A DNA stretch of 64,000 nucleotides, taken from NCBI RefSeq assembly GCF_028368995.1, contig NZ_JAQNDL010000003.1, forward strand, positions 2,336,001 to 2,400,000, read 5' to 3'. This DNA is from Nannocystis bainbridge. Lineage in GTDB: Bacteria; Myxococcota_A; Polyangia; Nannocystales; Nannocystaceae. Below the pieces are notes generated by a model. It was given only the letters and a program-made list of their open reading frames with translations, searched no databases and was not told where the DNA came from. Below, in pieces: positions 1 through 11,311 of the stretch. How positions within the stretch are numbered: position 1 is the stretch's first letter; every line of letters begins with the position of its first letter. Position numbers and translations under genes: made by a program.

Positions 1-955
1 GTCCGAACAGCGCGCGCCACACCTCCTGATCGCGCTGCCGACGCTCGCGCTGCTGCCTGTCCATCGCCTCCTGCTCGGCCGCGACCTGCTCCCAGCGCGC
101 GATGTCCTCGGCCGGCGCCCCGTGCTCGCGCAGCCGCTGCAGCTCCTGCTCCGCCCAGCTCGTCGCCTTCTCCTCGCTGCGTCGGCTCGCCTCGATGTCC
201 GCGCGCAGCCGGCCGGCGACGTCGACGAACGCGATCAGGTCGCGCGTCAGCACCGGCGTCATCGCCTGCTGCCAGCGCGGCGACGCCGACAGGCCGCGCG
301 CCGGGTCGACGCTCGCCAGCTCGCGGGCGAAGTCGTAGGGCGCGAGCTGCGGGCTGGAGACGAGCACCAGGAACGCGAACTCGTCGCGCAGCACCAGCTG
401 ATGGGGTGCACCTGGCTCATGGGCCAGGACGATCCCGCGGTCCTCGAACACGAGGTCGACGGACCCGCCGAGCTTCGTCCCGGCGCGGTCGACGAATTCG
501 CGGAACCGCAGCGGGTCGGTCAGCGAGAAGAAGTAACAGCTCGCGCCGCTGCCCGCGTCGAGCAGCGCCATGCCGATCGGCCGATCCGGGTCGACCCCGA
601 TCTCCGGCCAGCGCCCCGGGTCGAGCAAGTTCACCCCCAACATCTGTTCGAGGTACGCCGACGCCTGCTCGTAAAACGGCCGGTAGGTCCCGATCAGCGC
701 CGCCACGTCGACCACGCGCAGCAGGTGGCGCACGCTCGCCGCGCTCACCACCACACCTGTCCTTTCGGGCAGCAGATCGATCGGCGCCCGCGCCAGCGCC
801 ACGGCCGGCGGCCCCGCCGGCTTGCGCGTCGTCGGCGGCGCGGCCACGGGCGCCGTCGTCGGCGACGCGGTCGGCGTCTCCGGCCTCGGTCGACAACCGG
901 CGACGACCAGCCCCGCCGCCAGCACCCCGGACCACCACCGCGAACTTTCGCGCAT
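1..955 (-). CDS. Hypothetical lipoprotein (partial, runs off the window start)
   Basis: Not in the ORF track. Read by hand from ATG at 955: MRESSRWWSGVLAAGLVVAGCRPRPETP, a lipobox (VAGC) then a Pro/Thr/Ala linker; frame stays open to position 1. Confidence 0.7.
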   Translation of the reverse strand, partial: MRESSRWWSGVLAAGLVVAGCRPRPETPTASPTTAPVAAPPTTRKPAGPPAVALARAPIDLLPERTGVVVSAASVRHLLRVVDVAALIGTYRPFYEQASAYLEQMLGVNLLDPGRWPEIGVDPDRPIGMALLDAGSGASCYFFSLTDPLRFREFVDRAGTKLGGSVDLVFEDRGIVLAHEPGAPHQLVLRDEFAFLVLVSSPQLAPYDFARELASVDPARGLSASPRWQQAMTPVLTRDLIAFVDVAGRLRADIEASRRSEEKATSWAEQELQRLREHGAPAEDIARWEQVAAEQEAMDRQQRERRQRDQEVWRALFG

Positions 956-1008
956 ATCCCATCGTAGCACCGGGCTCGTGCCCCGGCGGTCGCCCGCGCG
1001 CGCCCGAT

Positions 1009-1521
1009 TCATGGCGACGCCGGCACCCGCTCCCACGCCTCGTACTTGCTCGCCGGCTCCGGCCCCGCGAACACCTGGATCGCCACCAGCGGCTCCGCCC
1101 CGTTCTCGAAGCTGACGAGCGCGCCCGGCGGCATGTAGATCGTCGTCCCCGGGCCCACCTCGTGCGATTGCCCGTCGATCATGAAAATGCCCGCGCCGCT
1201 CAGGATGTGAATGTACTCCTCGGTCGGGTCGCGGTGCTCGGGCACCTTACCCCCCGGGGCCATCTCGAGCTTGCCGATGAACGCGTTGCGGCCCCGCGCC
1301 AGCGTCCAGATCTGCGCCGCCCCGCCGCCCTTCTGCCGGTGCTCCGCCTGCGCCAGCGACGTCACCGCCGCCGGCAGCGGCGTCTCTTGCTTCGCCGCAT
1401 CCTGCTTCGCCGCGTCCTGCTTCGCCGCCGACGCCTGCGGCTCGCTCTTCGGCGCCGGCGCGCGGTCGCAGCCGATCGTCACCATCATCGCAAAGAGGAT
1501 CGAAGCGCCGCGGCGTGGCAT
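1009..1521 (-). CDS. Cupin-domain lipoprotein
   Basis: Cupin motifs PEHRDPTEEYIHILSGAG and VGPGTTIYMPPG; N-terminal hydrophobic stretch with TIGC lipobox; short AAKQD repeats. Start trimmed to MPRRG. Confidence 0.8.
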   Translation of the reverse strand: MPRRGASILFAMMVTIGCDRAPAPKSEPQASAAKQDAAKQDAAKQETPLPAAVTSLAQAEHRQKGGGAAQIWTLARGRNAFIGKLEMAPGGKVPEHRDPTEEYIHILSGAGIFMIDGQSHEVGPGTTIYMPPGALVSFENGAEPLVAIQVFAGPEPASKYEAWERVPASP

Positions 1522-1686
1522 CGCGCCGCAACGTACATCACCCCGCGCACGCCTCGCAACGCCTCTCGCCACATTTGCCGGGACTCGATACGCGCCGACG
1601 ACCTCGAGCTCGACGCGGCAGATCCAGCCACCGCGCCGTCGCTGTCGCGAGCAGACGCGGCGAGGTCCGTATTACGCCCCGTCACG

Positions 1687-1898
1687 CGCCCTCACTGCAC
1701 TCGAAAGTCGAACCCGAGGCTCTCTCGGCGCGACGGCGGCCCTGCGTCAGCCGGCGCACCTCGCCGCCCACGCAGTCACGCGTCACGACGCCCCCGCCTC
1801 ACAGCACCGGGAAGTCGAACTCGAGGTTCTCGCGGCGCGACGTCGGCGTCTGAGCGCCCTGCGTCAGCCGTCGCACCTCGCCGACCACGTAGTCGCGC
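1687..1898. repeat. Degenerate tandem duplication of the 3' end of the caspase gene
   Basis: 1687-1781 resembles 1795-1898 (aagtcgaac.cgagg.tct..cggcgcgacg.cggc...cctgcgtcagccg.cgcacctcgccg.ccacg.agtc), including the stop codon, with a ~10-nt deletion. Confidence 0.75.
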
Positions 1899-4800
1899 AG
1901 CTCGGACACGCGGATCGTGCCGTCGCGGTCGAGGTCGGCCAGACCCGAAGTCAGCCCTTGCAGCACGCTGAACGTGAACACCCCGTTTTGCCACTGCGGC
2001 GACTCGAGCGCGAACTCGGCCCCGCTGGCCGACGAGATCACCGCCGCCCCCGAGCCGCGGCGCAGATCGGCGAACAGCTGCGCCAGCAGCTCGTGCGTGC
2101 TGTCCGGGCTCTGGATCGCCCCGCTGTAGCTGAACGAGCGGAAATCGGTCGCCAGCTTGACCTGCCCGCCGCCGCGGACCGCCCCGCCCGGCACCGGCGG
2201 CGGCGTGCGGATCGCGTCCTCGTCGACCTCGCCCGAATGGCAGGTGTCCATCATCATCAGCTTGCGCCGCGCCGGGATCCCGTCGAGCAGGCTCTCGAGC
2301 TGCTCGTACGACAGCCCGCGCTTGCCCGGCGCCTCGCGCTCGAAGTCGTGGGTCACGAAGTAATAATCGAGGTTGGTGTCGAGCATCCCGTGCCCGGCCA
2401 CGAACACCACCACCTGATCGTCGATCTTGGTGTTTTGAAGCGCCTGCCGGGCCGCCAGGATGTTCTCGCGGCGGGCCTCACCGTCGAGGATCTGCAGCAC
2501 CTCGACCTTGCCGAACCGCTTGCCGCGGGCCTTGAACAGCCCGGCGACGTCGCGCGCGTCCTTGGCCGCGTACTTGAGGTTCAGCTTCACGTCGGCGTAC
2601 TGCGACACCCCGACCGCCAGCACGTAAAGATCCGACGCGCGCGCCGACGCCGTCGACACCACCTCGACCGTGTCCTTGCGCGACTCGGTGCCGGCCGCGT
2701 TGAGCGTCGACACCTGGATCTTGTTGCGCCCCGGCAGCAGCTCGATCGCCAGCGAGCGCTCGTGGCGGCGCGAATTCTCCGGCCGCAGATCGATGCCCGC
2801 CGAGCCGTGGATCGGCACGTCGTTGACGTACACCAGCAGGCGGTCGAGCTCGAAGCGATCGTCGGTGGCCGTCAGTTGCAGTTGCAACGTCCGCTCCGGC
2901 GTGCTGACCGGCACCTCGCTCGTGATCTTCGCCGTCGGCAGGTGGTACTCCGGCCGCAGCGACGCCTCGTCGATGCGCATCTTCTTCAGGCGCTTCTTGT
3001 AGGCCTTCTCGTACAGCCCCAGCAATTCCGGCGGCGCGTAGCCGAACCGCCGCAGCACCAGGTCCGGGCGATTGAGCCGCAGGTCGAACAGCTCGACCGG
3101 CACGATCGTCTCGCCGAGCCGGAACGACACCGACTCGAACCCCTGACGCGACGCCGTGTAGTAATGATCGGGCGTCTCGATCACGTAGCCGTCGGCCCCG
3201 ATCGTCACGATCGTCGCCACCTCGGCCTTCGTCGCCAGGTCCCACACCTTGACCGTCAGGTCATAGCTCGCGGTCGCCACGAAGCGGTCGTCGTGGCTGA
3301 ACGCCACCGAGTCGACCTCCGCCCCGTGGCCCGCCAGCGTCGCCACCAGCGAGCCCGTGCGCATGTCCCACAGCCGCGCCGTGCGGTCGGCGCTGGCCGT
3401 CGCCAGCAGGTTTCCGTCGCGGCTGAAGTCGGCCCCGAGCACCGCCAGCGAGTGGCCCTTCAGGCGGTGCAGCAGCGGCATCTCGCCCGCGAGCCCGAAC
3501 ACGTGGACCGCGTTGTCGCCGAAGCTGATCTCGCTGATCGTCTGCGCCAGCATGTGCGTCCCGGCGCCGATCGCCACCTTGTCGCGCGCGTCGGACCAGG
3601 TCACCCCATTGATGCTGTCGCGGTGGGCGCAGCCGCCCTTGCCGAGCGCGAACGTCTTCGCGTCGAACTCGACGAACGTCGAGGTGTCTTTGAACACCAC
3701 GTAGATCGTCTTCGCGTCGGCCGACCACCCGAGCCCCGACACCGTCGCCATCGTCGAAAGCGTCTGGCGGCCCATGCTCTCCTGACAGCCCGCCTCGAGC
3801 CCCCCGCCCTTGCTGCTGCGCAGGCGCTTGCCCGTGGCCACCTCGTACACCGACACCACCGCGTCGCCGTGGGCGATCGCCAGCGAGTTGCCGTCGGGCG
3901 CCATCGACTGGGCCGTCGCGCCCTCGGCCGCGAACCGGCGCACCAGCGTCAGCGTGCGCGCGTCCCACATCGACACGCCGAGGCCGTCGCGCGTGATCAG
4001 GTGACGCCCGTCGCGCGAGAACTGCACGTCGTCGACCAGCCCGACCTTGGCCCACTCGAACCCGAGGAAATTCTCCTCTGCCGGATCGCGCTCGACCTTG
4101 GGCCCCGCCGGCACCGACTTCGGCGCCGCCCCGCGCCGCAGGTCGATCACCCGCAGCAGCCCGTCGAAGCCCGCCGTCGCGATCACCGGCGCGTTCGGGC
4201 TCCACGCCACGTGCAGCAGCTTCGCGTCGTTGCCGAACGCCCCGCCGACAGTGTTCCAGAACGTGCTGCGGAACGTCCGCAGCTTGGCCCCCGTGGCCCC
4301 GTCGTAGAGGTCGACCTGCATGTCGTCGATCGCCGCCGCCACGCGCCCGCCCGGCGACAGCTCCGCGCGCGCCAGCCCCGAGTCTTGCGCGGCCGCGAAC
4401 CCGCTGATGCGCCGCCCGCTGCGCGGCTCGACCCGCAGCAGCTCACGCCCGCGGTGGACCGTCAGCTCGCCATCATTCGCCCACCCGACCAGCGTGCCCG
4501 GCACCCGCGCGGCCTCGGCCCACGAGCCCGCGTCGTAGACGTGGACCGCCTCGCCGGCGTCGATCGCCACCAGCTTGCCGTCGGGGCTGAAGCGCAGACG
4601 CTTGCCGCCGGCGCCGCCCGCCGCGACCGCGATCGTGCCGAGCAGCCCGCCCGCCTCGGCGTTCCACACCTGGACCTCGTCGGTCACCGTCAGCAGCGTC
4701 TTGCCGTCGCGCGACCACGCCAGGTCCTTGACCTCCTGGGTGTGCATCAGCGCGTGCTTGACCGCCTTTTGCTCGAGGTCCCAGATAGCGACCACCTGGT

Positions 4801-5287
4801 CCTGGATCTGCGCCGCGCTGGCCAGCCGCTTGCCGTCGGGTGAAAACTCGACGCTGCCGACCCACCCGCTGTGGCCCGGCAATGTCGCCACCTCGACCCC
4901 GCTCGCCACCTCCCACACGTGAATCGCCTTGTCGAAGCCCGCGGCCGCCAGGCGCTTGCCGTCGCCGCTCCACGACAATGCATGGACCGGCCCGGTCGCG
5001 CCGGTGAGCGTGCGCCACTCCTTGCCCATGCGCACGTCGTACAGCTTGACCAGCCCGTCGACGCTGGCCACCGCCAGCCACCGGCCGTCGGGCGAGAACT
5101 TGGTGTCCCTCACCCAGTGGCTCGATCCGGCCTGCACCACCAATTCCGGCTGCGGCCCCGCCTCCACGCCCGCCGTCGCCGCCGGCTCCTCCGGCGCGCG
5201 CACCGTCGGGCGCTTGCAGCCAACCGCCCCGAGCGTCGCGCACACCAGCCCCGCGAGGCCCCAGGCCCGAATCGTCGCAGCCCTCAT
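1799..5287 (-). CDS. WD40-repeat lipoprotein with C-terminal caspase-family (peptidase C14) domain
   Basis: Many WD40 repeats (GH...FSPDG..LA.AS.D..V..WD); caspase His/Cys dyad in FVAGHG and MDTCHSG; NGVFT motif; AVGC lipobox; ATGA overlap with the upstream gene at 5284-5287. Confidence 0.9.
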   Translation of the reverse strand: MRAATIRAWGLAGLVCATLGAVGCKRPTVRAPEEPAATAGVEAGPQPELVVQAGSSHWVRDTKFSPDGRWLAVASVDGLVKLYDVRMGKEWRTLTGATGPVHALSWSGDGKRLAAAGFDKAIHVWEVASGVEVATLPGHSGWVGSVEFSPDGKRLASAAQIQDQVVAIWDLEQKAVKHALMHTQEVKDLAWSRDGKTLLTVTDEVQVWNAEAGGLLGTIAVAAGGAGGKRLRFSPDGKLVAIDAGEAVHVYDAGSWAEAARVPGTLVGWANDGELTVHRGRELLRVEPRSGRRISGFAAAQDSGLARAELSPGGRVAAAIDDMQVDLYDGATGAKLRTFRSTFWNTVGGAFGNDAKLLHVAWSPNAPVIATAGFDGLLRVIDLRRGAAPKSVPAGPKVERDPAEENFLGFEWAKVGLVDDVQFSRDGRHLITRDGLGVSMWDARTLTLVRRFAAEGATAQSMAPDGNSLAIAHGDAVVSVYEVATGKRLRSSKGGGLEAGCQESMGRQTLSTMATVSGLGWSADAKTIYVVFKDTSTFVEFDAKTFALGKGGCAHRDSINGVTWSDARDKVAIGAGTHMLAQTISEISFGDNAVHVFGLAGEMPLLHRLKGHSLAVLGADFSRDGNLLATASADRTARLWDMRTGSLVATLAGHGAEVDSVAFSHDDRFVATASYDLTVKVWDLATKAEVATIVTIGADGYVIETPDHYYTASRQGFESVSFRLGETIVPVELFDLRLNRPDLVLRRFGYAPPELLGLYEKAYKKRLKKMRIDEASLRPEYHLPTAKITSEVPVSTPERTLQLQLTATDDRFELDRLLVYVNDVPIHGSAGIDLRPENSRRHERSLAIELLPGRNKIQVSTLNAAGTESRKDTVEVVSTASARASDLYVLAVGVSQYADVKLNLKYAAKDARDVAGLFKARGKRFGKVEVLQILDGEARRENILAARQALQNTKIDDQVVVFVAGHGMLDTNLDYYFVTHDFEREAPGKRGLSYEQLESLLDGIPARRKLMMMDTCHSGEVDEDAIRTPPPVPGGAVRGGGQVKLATDFRSFSYSGAIQSPDSTHELLAQLFADLRRGSGAAVISSASGAEFALESPQWQNGVFTFSVLQGLTSGLADLDRDGTIRVSELRDYVVGEVRRLTQGAQTPTSRRENLEFDFPVL

Positions 5288-6669
5288 CGCGACCCCTGAA
5301 ACCCGATCTTCAGGCCCACGTGCCAGCGCCACGCCCGGCCGAACCCGCGCTCGCCGTCGATGTGCCGCTCGGCCGCCGGGAAGTCGTTGCTATAACGATA
5401 GGCCGGCAGCGTGATCCCGGCGTACGGCGCCAGCTCGAAGCCGCGGGTCACGCGAATGTGCAGCGCGAAGTCACCGCCGAAGATCCCGCCGATCCCGATC
5501 GCCCGCCCCTCCTTGACCATCGGCAGCGGCGCCGGCAAGTTCGGATCGGCCTCGCCCACCAGTGAATCGGTGCGGCCGAAGCCGAGCCCGAACCCCAGCA
5601 GTGCCATCAATGCCGGGCGTACCCGCCAGTCGGGCGGCAGCGCCAGCAGGTCGAATCCGTAGATGATCTCGACCCGCCGCACCAGCAATTCCTCGACCTT
5701 CGGCACCTGCCACACGTCGCGGTGGAACGTGAACTGCACATAGGCCCGCGGGTGCAGCAGCGCCCCGATCGAGATGTCGAACCCGTTCTTCTCCGTCAGC
5801 TTGAGGCCCGACAGCGTGTAGTCGCCGAACGCCTTGCTGTAGTTGCCGCCGACGAACACGTAGGACTTGTGCGAGCCGCCGCGCCAGTAATCCTTGATCT
5901 CCCTGGCGAGCCGCCCCTTCGATCGCTCGGGCGCGGGCTCGGGCGCCGGCTCGGGCGTCGGCGCGACCGGGACTGACTCGACCGGCGCCGACGGGGCCGG
6001 CACGGGCTCGACTGGTTGCGGCTGCGGCTGCACCGGCACCGGCGCCGCAGCGACCCCGCGCGGCTCGGCGGCCCGGATGCGCTCGACCGCCTTCTGCCCC
6101 AACGCGGCGACCATCAGCGGCGTCAAGATCTTGCGCTGCTTGGCCTCGGGCCCCTGGGCGACGAACAGCTTGACCACCACGTTGTCGACCCGGAACACGA
6201 GGTTGTACATGATGACCTCGATGCCGATGCCGTAGGTGTCGCCCTGCGCGGTGAACATCCGCGTATCGGCCCCGACCGCCGGCGGCGTGTTGACCGGCGG
6301 CAGGCCCTCGGCCAGCTCGTCCATCGCCGAGGGCATGAACCGCGCCGCCGCGTCGGCGCTGGGGAACACCCACCGCAGATCGTGGACCTGCCACATCGCC
6401 GTCGAAGCGTCCTTCGCCGTCCACAGCTTCTTCCCCCAGTGCGTGCAGCCGAACTGCGCCGCGCCCGGCTCACAGCCGGCCTTGGCCCAGTCCCCCGTCA
6501 TGTCCGACGGGCTCGCGAGATCGCCGGCCTGCAGGTACGTCGCCTGAAAGCTGCCGTCGTCGGTGCCCCACGGCGGCCCCGCGTGGGCCACCCGCGCGAA
6601 CGCCAGCGTCGCCGCCAATACACACACAGCTCGGACACCCACGCGACCCGGCGTCGACATTGCGCGCAT
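5284..6669 (-). CDS. Secreted protein with C-terminal outer-membrane beta-barrel-like region
   Basis: Signal peptide (AHA cleavage), Pro-rich linker, C-terminal alternating hydrophobic strands ending WHVGLKIGF. Confidence 0.6.
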   Translation of the reverse strand: MRAMSTPGRVGVRAVCVLAATLAFARVAHAGPPWGTDDGSFQATYLQAGDLASPSDMTGDWAKAGCEPGAAQFGCTHWGKKLWTAKDASTAMWQVHDLRWVFPSADAAARFMPSAMDELAEGLPPVNTPPAVGADTRMFTAQGDTYGIGIEVIMYNLVFRVDNVVVKLFVAQGPEAKQRKILTPLMVAALGQKAVERIRAAEPRGVAAAPVPVQPQPQPVEPVPAPSAPVESVPVAPTPEPAPEPAPERSKGRLAREIKDYWRGGSHKSYVFVGGNYSKAFGDYTLSGLKLTEKNGFDISIGALLHPRAYVQFTFHRDVWQVPKVEELLVRRVEIIYGFDLLALPPDWRVRPALMALLGFGLGFGRTDSLVGEADPNLPAPLPMVKEGRAIGIGGIFGGDFALHIRVTRGFELAPYAGITLPAYRYSNDFPAAERHIDGERGFGRAWRWHVGLKIGFQGSR

Positions 6670-6761
6670 CGTATCACTTCCTCGCTGCGGCGATATCCGC
6701 CGCGCCGGAGGGCCGCCGATCCGCGGCGGCCGAAATCACCCCAACGAAATCACCCCATCGA

Positions 6762-7739
6762 TCAGGGCGTGTGCTGGAACGCGAAGATCTGGTGGATGCT
6801 GGTCGCACCCGCCGTGTTGGCGGCCTTCATCGACACACCCGGCGCGTCGCCGGGCTGGGCCAGCCCGAACGTGCGCGCCTGGGTCCCGCCGCACGGCGTG
6901 CCCGGGTTGTACGAGAGATCGCGGGCTCCGCAGGCCAGCTCGTCGGCGTTCGTCTTCTGCTTGCCGAGCGCCGTCTCGAGCCGGGTCAGCGGCTCGACCG
7001 ACGCGACGACGTGGACCTGCTCGAGCCCGACCCCGTCGGCCTCCAGCGTGAAGAAGCCCGGCTGCGGCGGGATCCGCAGGTCCTTGCCCGCCGGCAGCGG
7101 ATTGGCCATGGGCATCTGCGGATGCGGGAACATCACGTTGATCCCGCCCGACGGCGTCTCTTGATATAGATACACGTGCGCCTGCGCGCTGGTGCGGAGC
7201 GTGAGGTACACGTTGGTGCCGGTGGCGATCGCGGCGTTCGGCGGCACCACCGAGTATTGCGACTCGCCTGGCCGTTGCGCCAGCACCCCGAATTCGAGCT
7301 GGAGGTCGACCGCCTGCTCGGCGGGCACCATCGCCACGTAGATCTGCTTCAGCGCCTTCTGATACGACTCCGCGTCGGGCGCGTGCTCGAGCACCAGCAG
7401 CAGGCTCTCGAGCTTCTCCATCCGCTCGCGCAGCGATCGCGCCTCGCCGCGGTACTCGTCCGGCGACATCGCGCCGTTCTTGTAATCCATGCACAGCGTC
7501 CGCCAGCGCGACAGATAGCGCTCGACCGCCGAGTCGACCTCGCGGACCGCCGCCACCGACGTCTCGGCCTCGGCCCCGAACTTGCCGACGTTGACGCGGC
7601 CCTCGACCTTGCGCGCGTCGTAGCGGATCTCGGTGTCGCAATCGGGGCTGCCGCTGCCGCCCGATTTTTTGCAGCTGCCCAGCGCGAAACCGAGCGCCAC
7701 TGCGACGAATGCTACTCCAACCCTCGAGCCAGCGCGCAT
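6762..7739 (-). CDS. DUF4384-domain lipoprotein
   Basis: LGSC lipobox; C-terminal AHVYLYQETPSGGINVMFP...RIP...GLEQVHVVAS typical of DUF4384. Confidence 0.7.
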   Translation of the reverse strand: MRAGSRVGVAFVAVALGFALGSCKKSGGSGSPDCDTEIRYDARKVEGRVNVGKFGAEAETSVAAVREVDSAVERYLSRWRTLCMDYKNGAMSPDEYRGEARSLRERMEKLESLLLVLEHAPDAESYQKALKQIYVAMVPAEQAVDLQLEFGVLAQRPGESQYSVVPPNAAIATGTNVYLTLRTSAQAHVYLYQETPSGGINVMFPHPQMPMANPLPAGKDLRIPPQPGFFTLEADGVGLEQVHVVASVEPLTRLETALGKQKTNADELACGARDLSYNPGTPCGGTQARTFGLAQPGDAPGVSMKAANTAGATSIHQIFAFQHTP

Positions 7740-7800
7740 GTGCGTGAGCAACCTGCCCGCACCGGCCCGGGGCTGTCAATGGTCATGTTTGACCGGGCGC

Positions 7801-8289
7801 TTATGCGGACAGTGCCCGCTCGACGGCCGCCATCACCTCGGGCGCGAGCGGCTCGACCTGCGGCTCGAAGCGGTGCGTCACGTGGCCGTCCTTGTCGACC
7901 AGGAACTTCGTGAAGTTCCACTTGATCTCGCCGCGCAGGCCCTCCGGCAGCTCCTCCGTCAGGGTGCGATACAGCGGCGACTTGTCGCCCTTGGCCTGGA
8001 CCTTCTCGAACAGCGGAAAGTTGAGCGAGAACCGCGTATCGCAGAACTGCTGGATCTCCTCCGGCGAGCCCGGCTCCTGCGCGCCGAAGTCGTTGCACGG
8101 GAACCCGAGCACCGTAAAGCCGCGATTGCGGAAGCGCTGGTGCAGCGCCTCGAGCGCTTGGTACTGCGGCGTCAGCCCGCACTGGGAGGCGGTGTTCACG
8201 ATCAGCAGCACCTGGCCGCGATAGTCGGCGAGCGAGCGGGGAGCGCCGGCGAGGGTCCGGACTTCGTGGTCGAGCGCAGGGCCTTGCAT
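7801..8289 (-). CDS. Glutathione peroxidase (Cys-type)
   Basis: LIVNTASQCGLTPQY, LGFPCNDFGAQEPG and KWNFTKFLVD motifs; start trimmed to MQGPALD. Confidence 0.95.
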   Translation of the reverse strand: MQGPALDHEVRTLAGAPRSLADYRGQVLLIVNTASQCGLTPQYQALEALHQRFRNRGFTVLGFPCNDFGAQEPGSPEEIQQFCDTRFSLNFPLFEKVQAKGDKSPLYRTLTEELPEGLRGEIKWNFTKFLVDKDGHVTHRFEPQVEPLAPEVMAAVERALSA

Positions 8290-8370
8290 GGCCGGCACCC
8301 TACCACGCCCCTGCCTGCGCGCGCACCTCCGCCGCGTGCGCGCGGCCCGACGTGTGGCACCCTCCTGGCG

Positions 8371-9534
8371 ATGCCGGAAGTCCCAGCCCGCGTCCACAAC
8401 CTCCCGGCCGCGCGCGCCCAGTTCGGCGACCTCATCGGCCGACTCCTGCCCGCCTTCGAGCGCGCCGACCCGCTCGCCGACGCGGCCGCGGCCTGGCTCT
8501 CGACCTGTCCCGAAGGACATGCCGTCTTCGCCGCCGCGCTGACCGACCCCGGGCGCGCCCCCGAGCCCGTCGCTGCCTTGCTCGAGTCGGTCGCCGGTCT
8601 GCCCGCGTGGGTCGAGCCCGACCGGCTCGCGCGCGCCAGCCACCTGTTCTCGCGGGCGGGTGTGGTCGGCGGCTTCGTGCTCGGCCTGCGCTCGCTCGTC
8701 CTTGGCTACGCCGCCCCGGCCGGCAACAAGCCGCTGGCCTTCAGCGGTCGCCTGCGCGAGGCCGCCCCGCGGCGGCTCGCCGAGACCGCCCGCTTCGTCA
8801 CCGCCGTGTGCGAGCCTGGCGGCCTGCTGCCTGGCGGCGAGGGCCGGGCCATCGCCCTGCACGTGCGCCTCATGCACGCCCAGGTGCGGCGCCTGCTGCT
8901 CGCCACCGGTCGCTGGGACAGGGCCGCCTGGGCCGTGCCGATCAACCAGCACGACATGCTCGCCACCAGCCTCCTCTTCAGCCACACCTACCTCGACGGC
9001 CTGCGCCTGCTCGGCCTCCAGATCGGCGCTGACGAGGCCGACGACTACGTCCACCTGTGGCGCCTGGCCAGCTGGATCCTCGGCGTCGACGACGAGCTCG
9101 TGCCTGACCGCGAGCCTGCCGCGCGGCGCCTCGCCGAGTGCATCTTCCTCACCCAGGGCCCGCCTGACGCCGACTCCCGGGCCCTCACCGCGGCCCTGCT
9201 CCAGGCCCCGCTGCAGGCCGCGCGCACCCCTCGCGAGCGGAAGATCGCCGCCGCGCGCGTGCGCATCAGCGGCAGCCTTTGCCGCCACCTCGTCGGCCAC
9301 GGCGTCGCCGACGCGCTCGGCGTCCCCTCCGAGCGCCACCCCTTCTCGATCCCCTTGCTCGCCTCCGTGTTCGGCGGCCTCGACCGCCTGCGCGCCGTCC
9401 TCCCCCCGCTCGACGCCTCCGCCGTCGCCCTCGGCCGCCGCTACTGGGACCTCGTCGTCGAGGTCGGCCTCGACGGCGAGCGCCCGACCTACCCCATGCC
9501 CGAGCGCCTCGGTCGCCGCCCCACCGCCGCCTGA
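8371..9534 (+). CDS. Oxygenase MpaB/DUF2236 (Lcp-like) family protein
   Basis: RRLAETARF, VRLMHAQVRR, WAVPINQHDM and DYVHLWR...LGV motifs. Confidence 0.85.
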   Translation: MPEVPARVHNLPAARAQFGDLIGRLLPAFERADPLADAAAAWLSTCPEGHAVFAAALTDPGRAPEPVAALLESVAGLPAWVEPDRLARASHLFSRAGVVGGFVLGLRSLVLGYAAPAGNKPLAFSGRLREAAPRRLAETARFVTAVCEPGGLLPGGEGRAIALHVRLMHAQVRRLLLATGRWDRAAWAVPINQHDMLATSLLFSHTYLDGLRLLGLQIGADEADDYVHLWRLASWILGVDDELVPDREPAARRLAECIFLTQGPPDADSRALTAALLQAPLQAARTPRERKIAAARVRISGSLCRHLVGHGVADALGVPSERHPFSIPLLASVFGGLDRLRAVLPPLDASAVALGRRYWDLVVEVGLDGERPTYPMPERLGRRPTAA

Positions 9535-9635
9535 CCCTTTTTAAAACATGTCCTTTGGGTCATTGTCATGACATGACCCGAGGGACATCCGATGCTCCCC
9601 GCCCCGACGTTCCCCGCCCGTCCCCGAGCCTCCCC

Positions 9636-11087
<1,452 letters not shown>

Positions 11088-11243
11088 ACCTGGCCGCGGG
11101 CCCGTTGCGACGATCCCTGCGACTCGCTCGCGCGGGCAAGGAGCGACGGCGAGTGCGCGCCGCATCCGGAGCGAGGTCAGCCTCGCCTCGTCCCGAGATG
11201 GCCGTCGAGTTACTTCGAGTCACGTGACTCGCCGTGACGCCGT

Positions 11244-11311
11244 CGCCCTAAAGGACATGTTTTAATAGACATGTCTTTCGGAGCACGCCCTTAAGAGCAT
11301 GTCCTTTAGAC
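11244..11311. repeat. 14-bp periodic CATG-N10 array (TGTCCnnnnGGACA family)
   Basis: CATG at 11256, 11270 and 11298; CACG at 11284. Confidence 0.85.

Noticed and set aside
1211-4843. Long antisense ORFs (also 16208-19192, 44076-47165, 47093-50278)
   Set aside because: Shadow ORFs expected opposite real genes in very GC-rich DNA; no motifs.
7801-8289. Selenocysteine in glutathione peroxidase
   Set aside because: The active-site codon is TGC (SQCG); there is no in-frame TGA.
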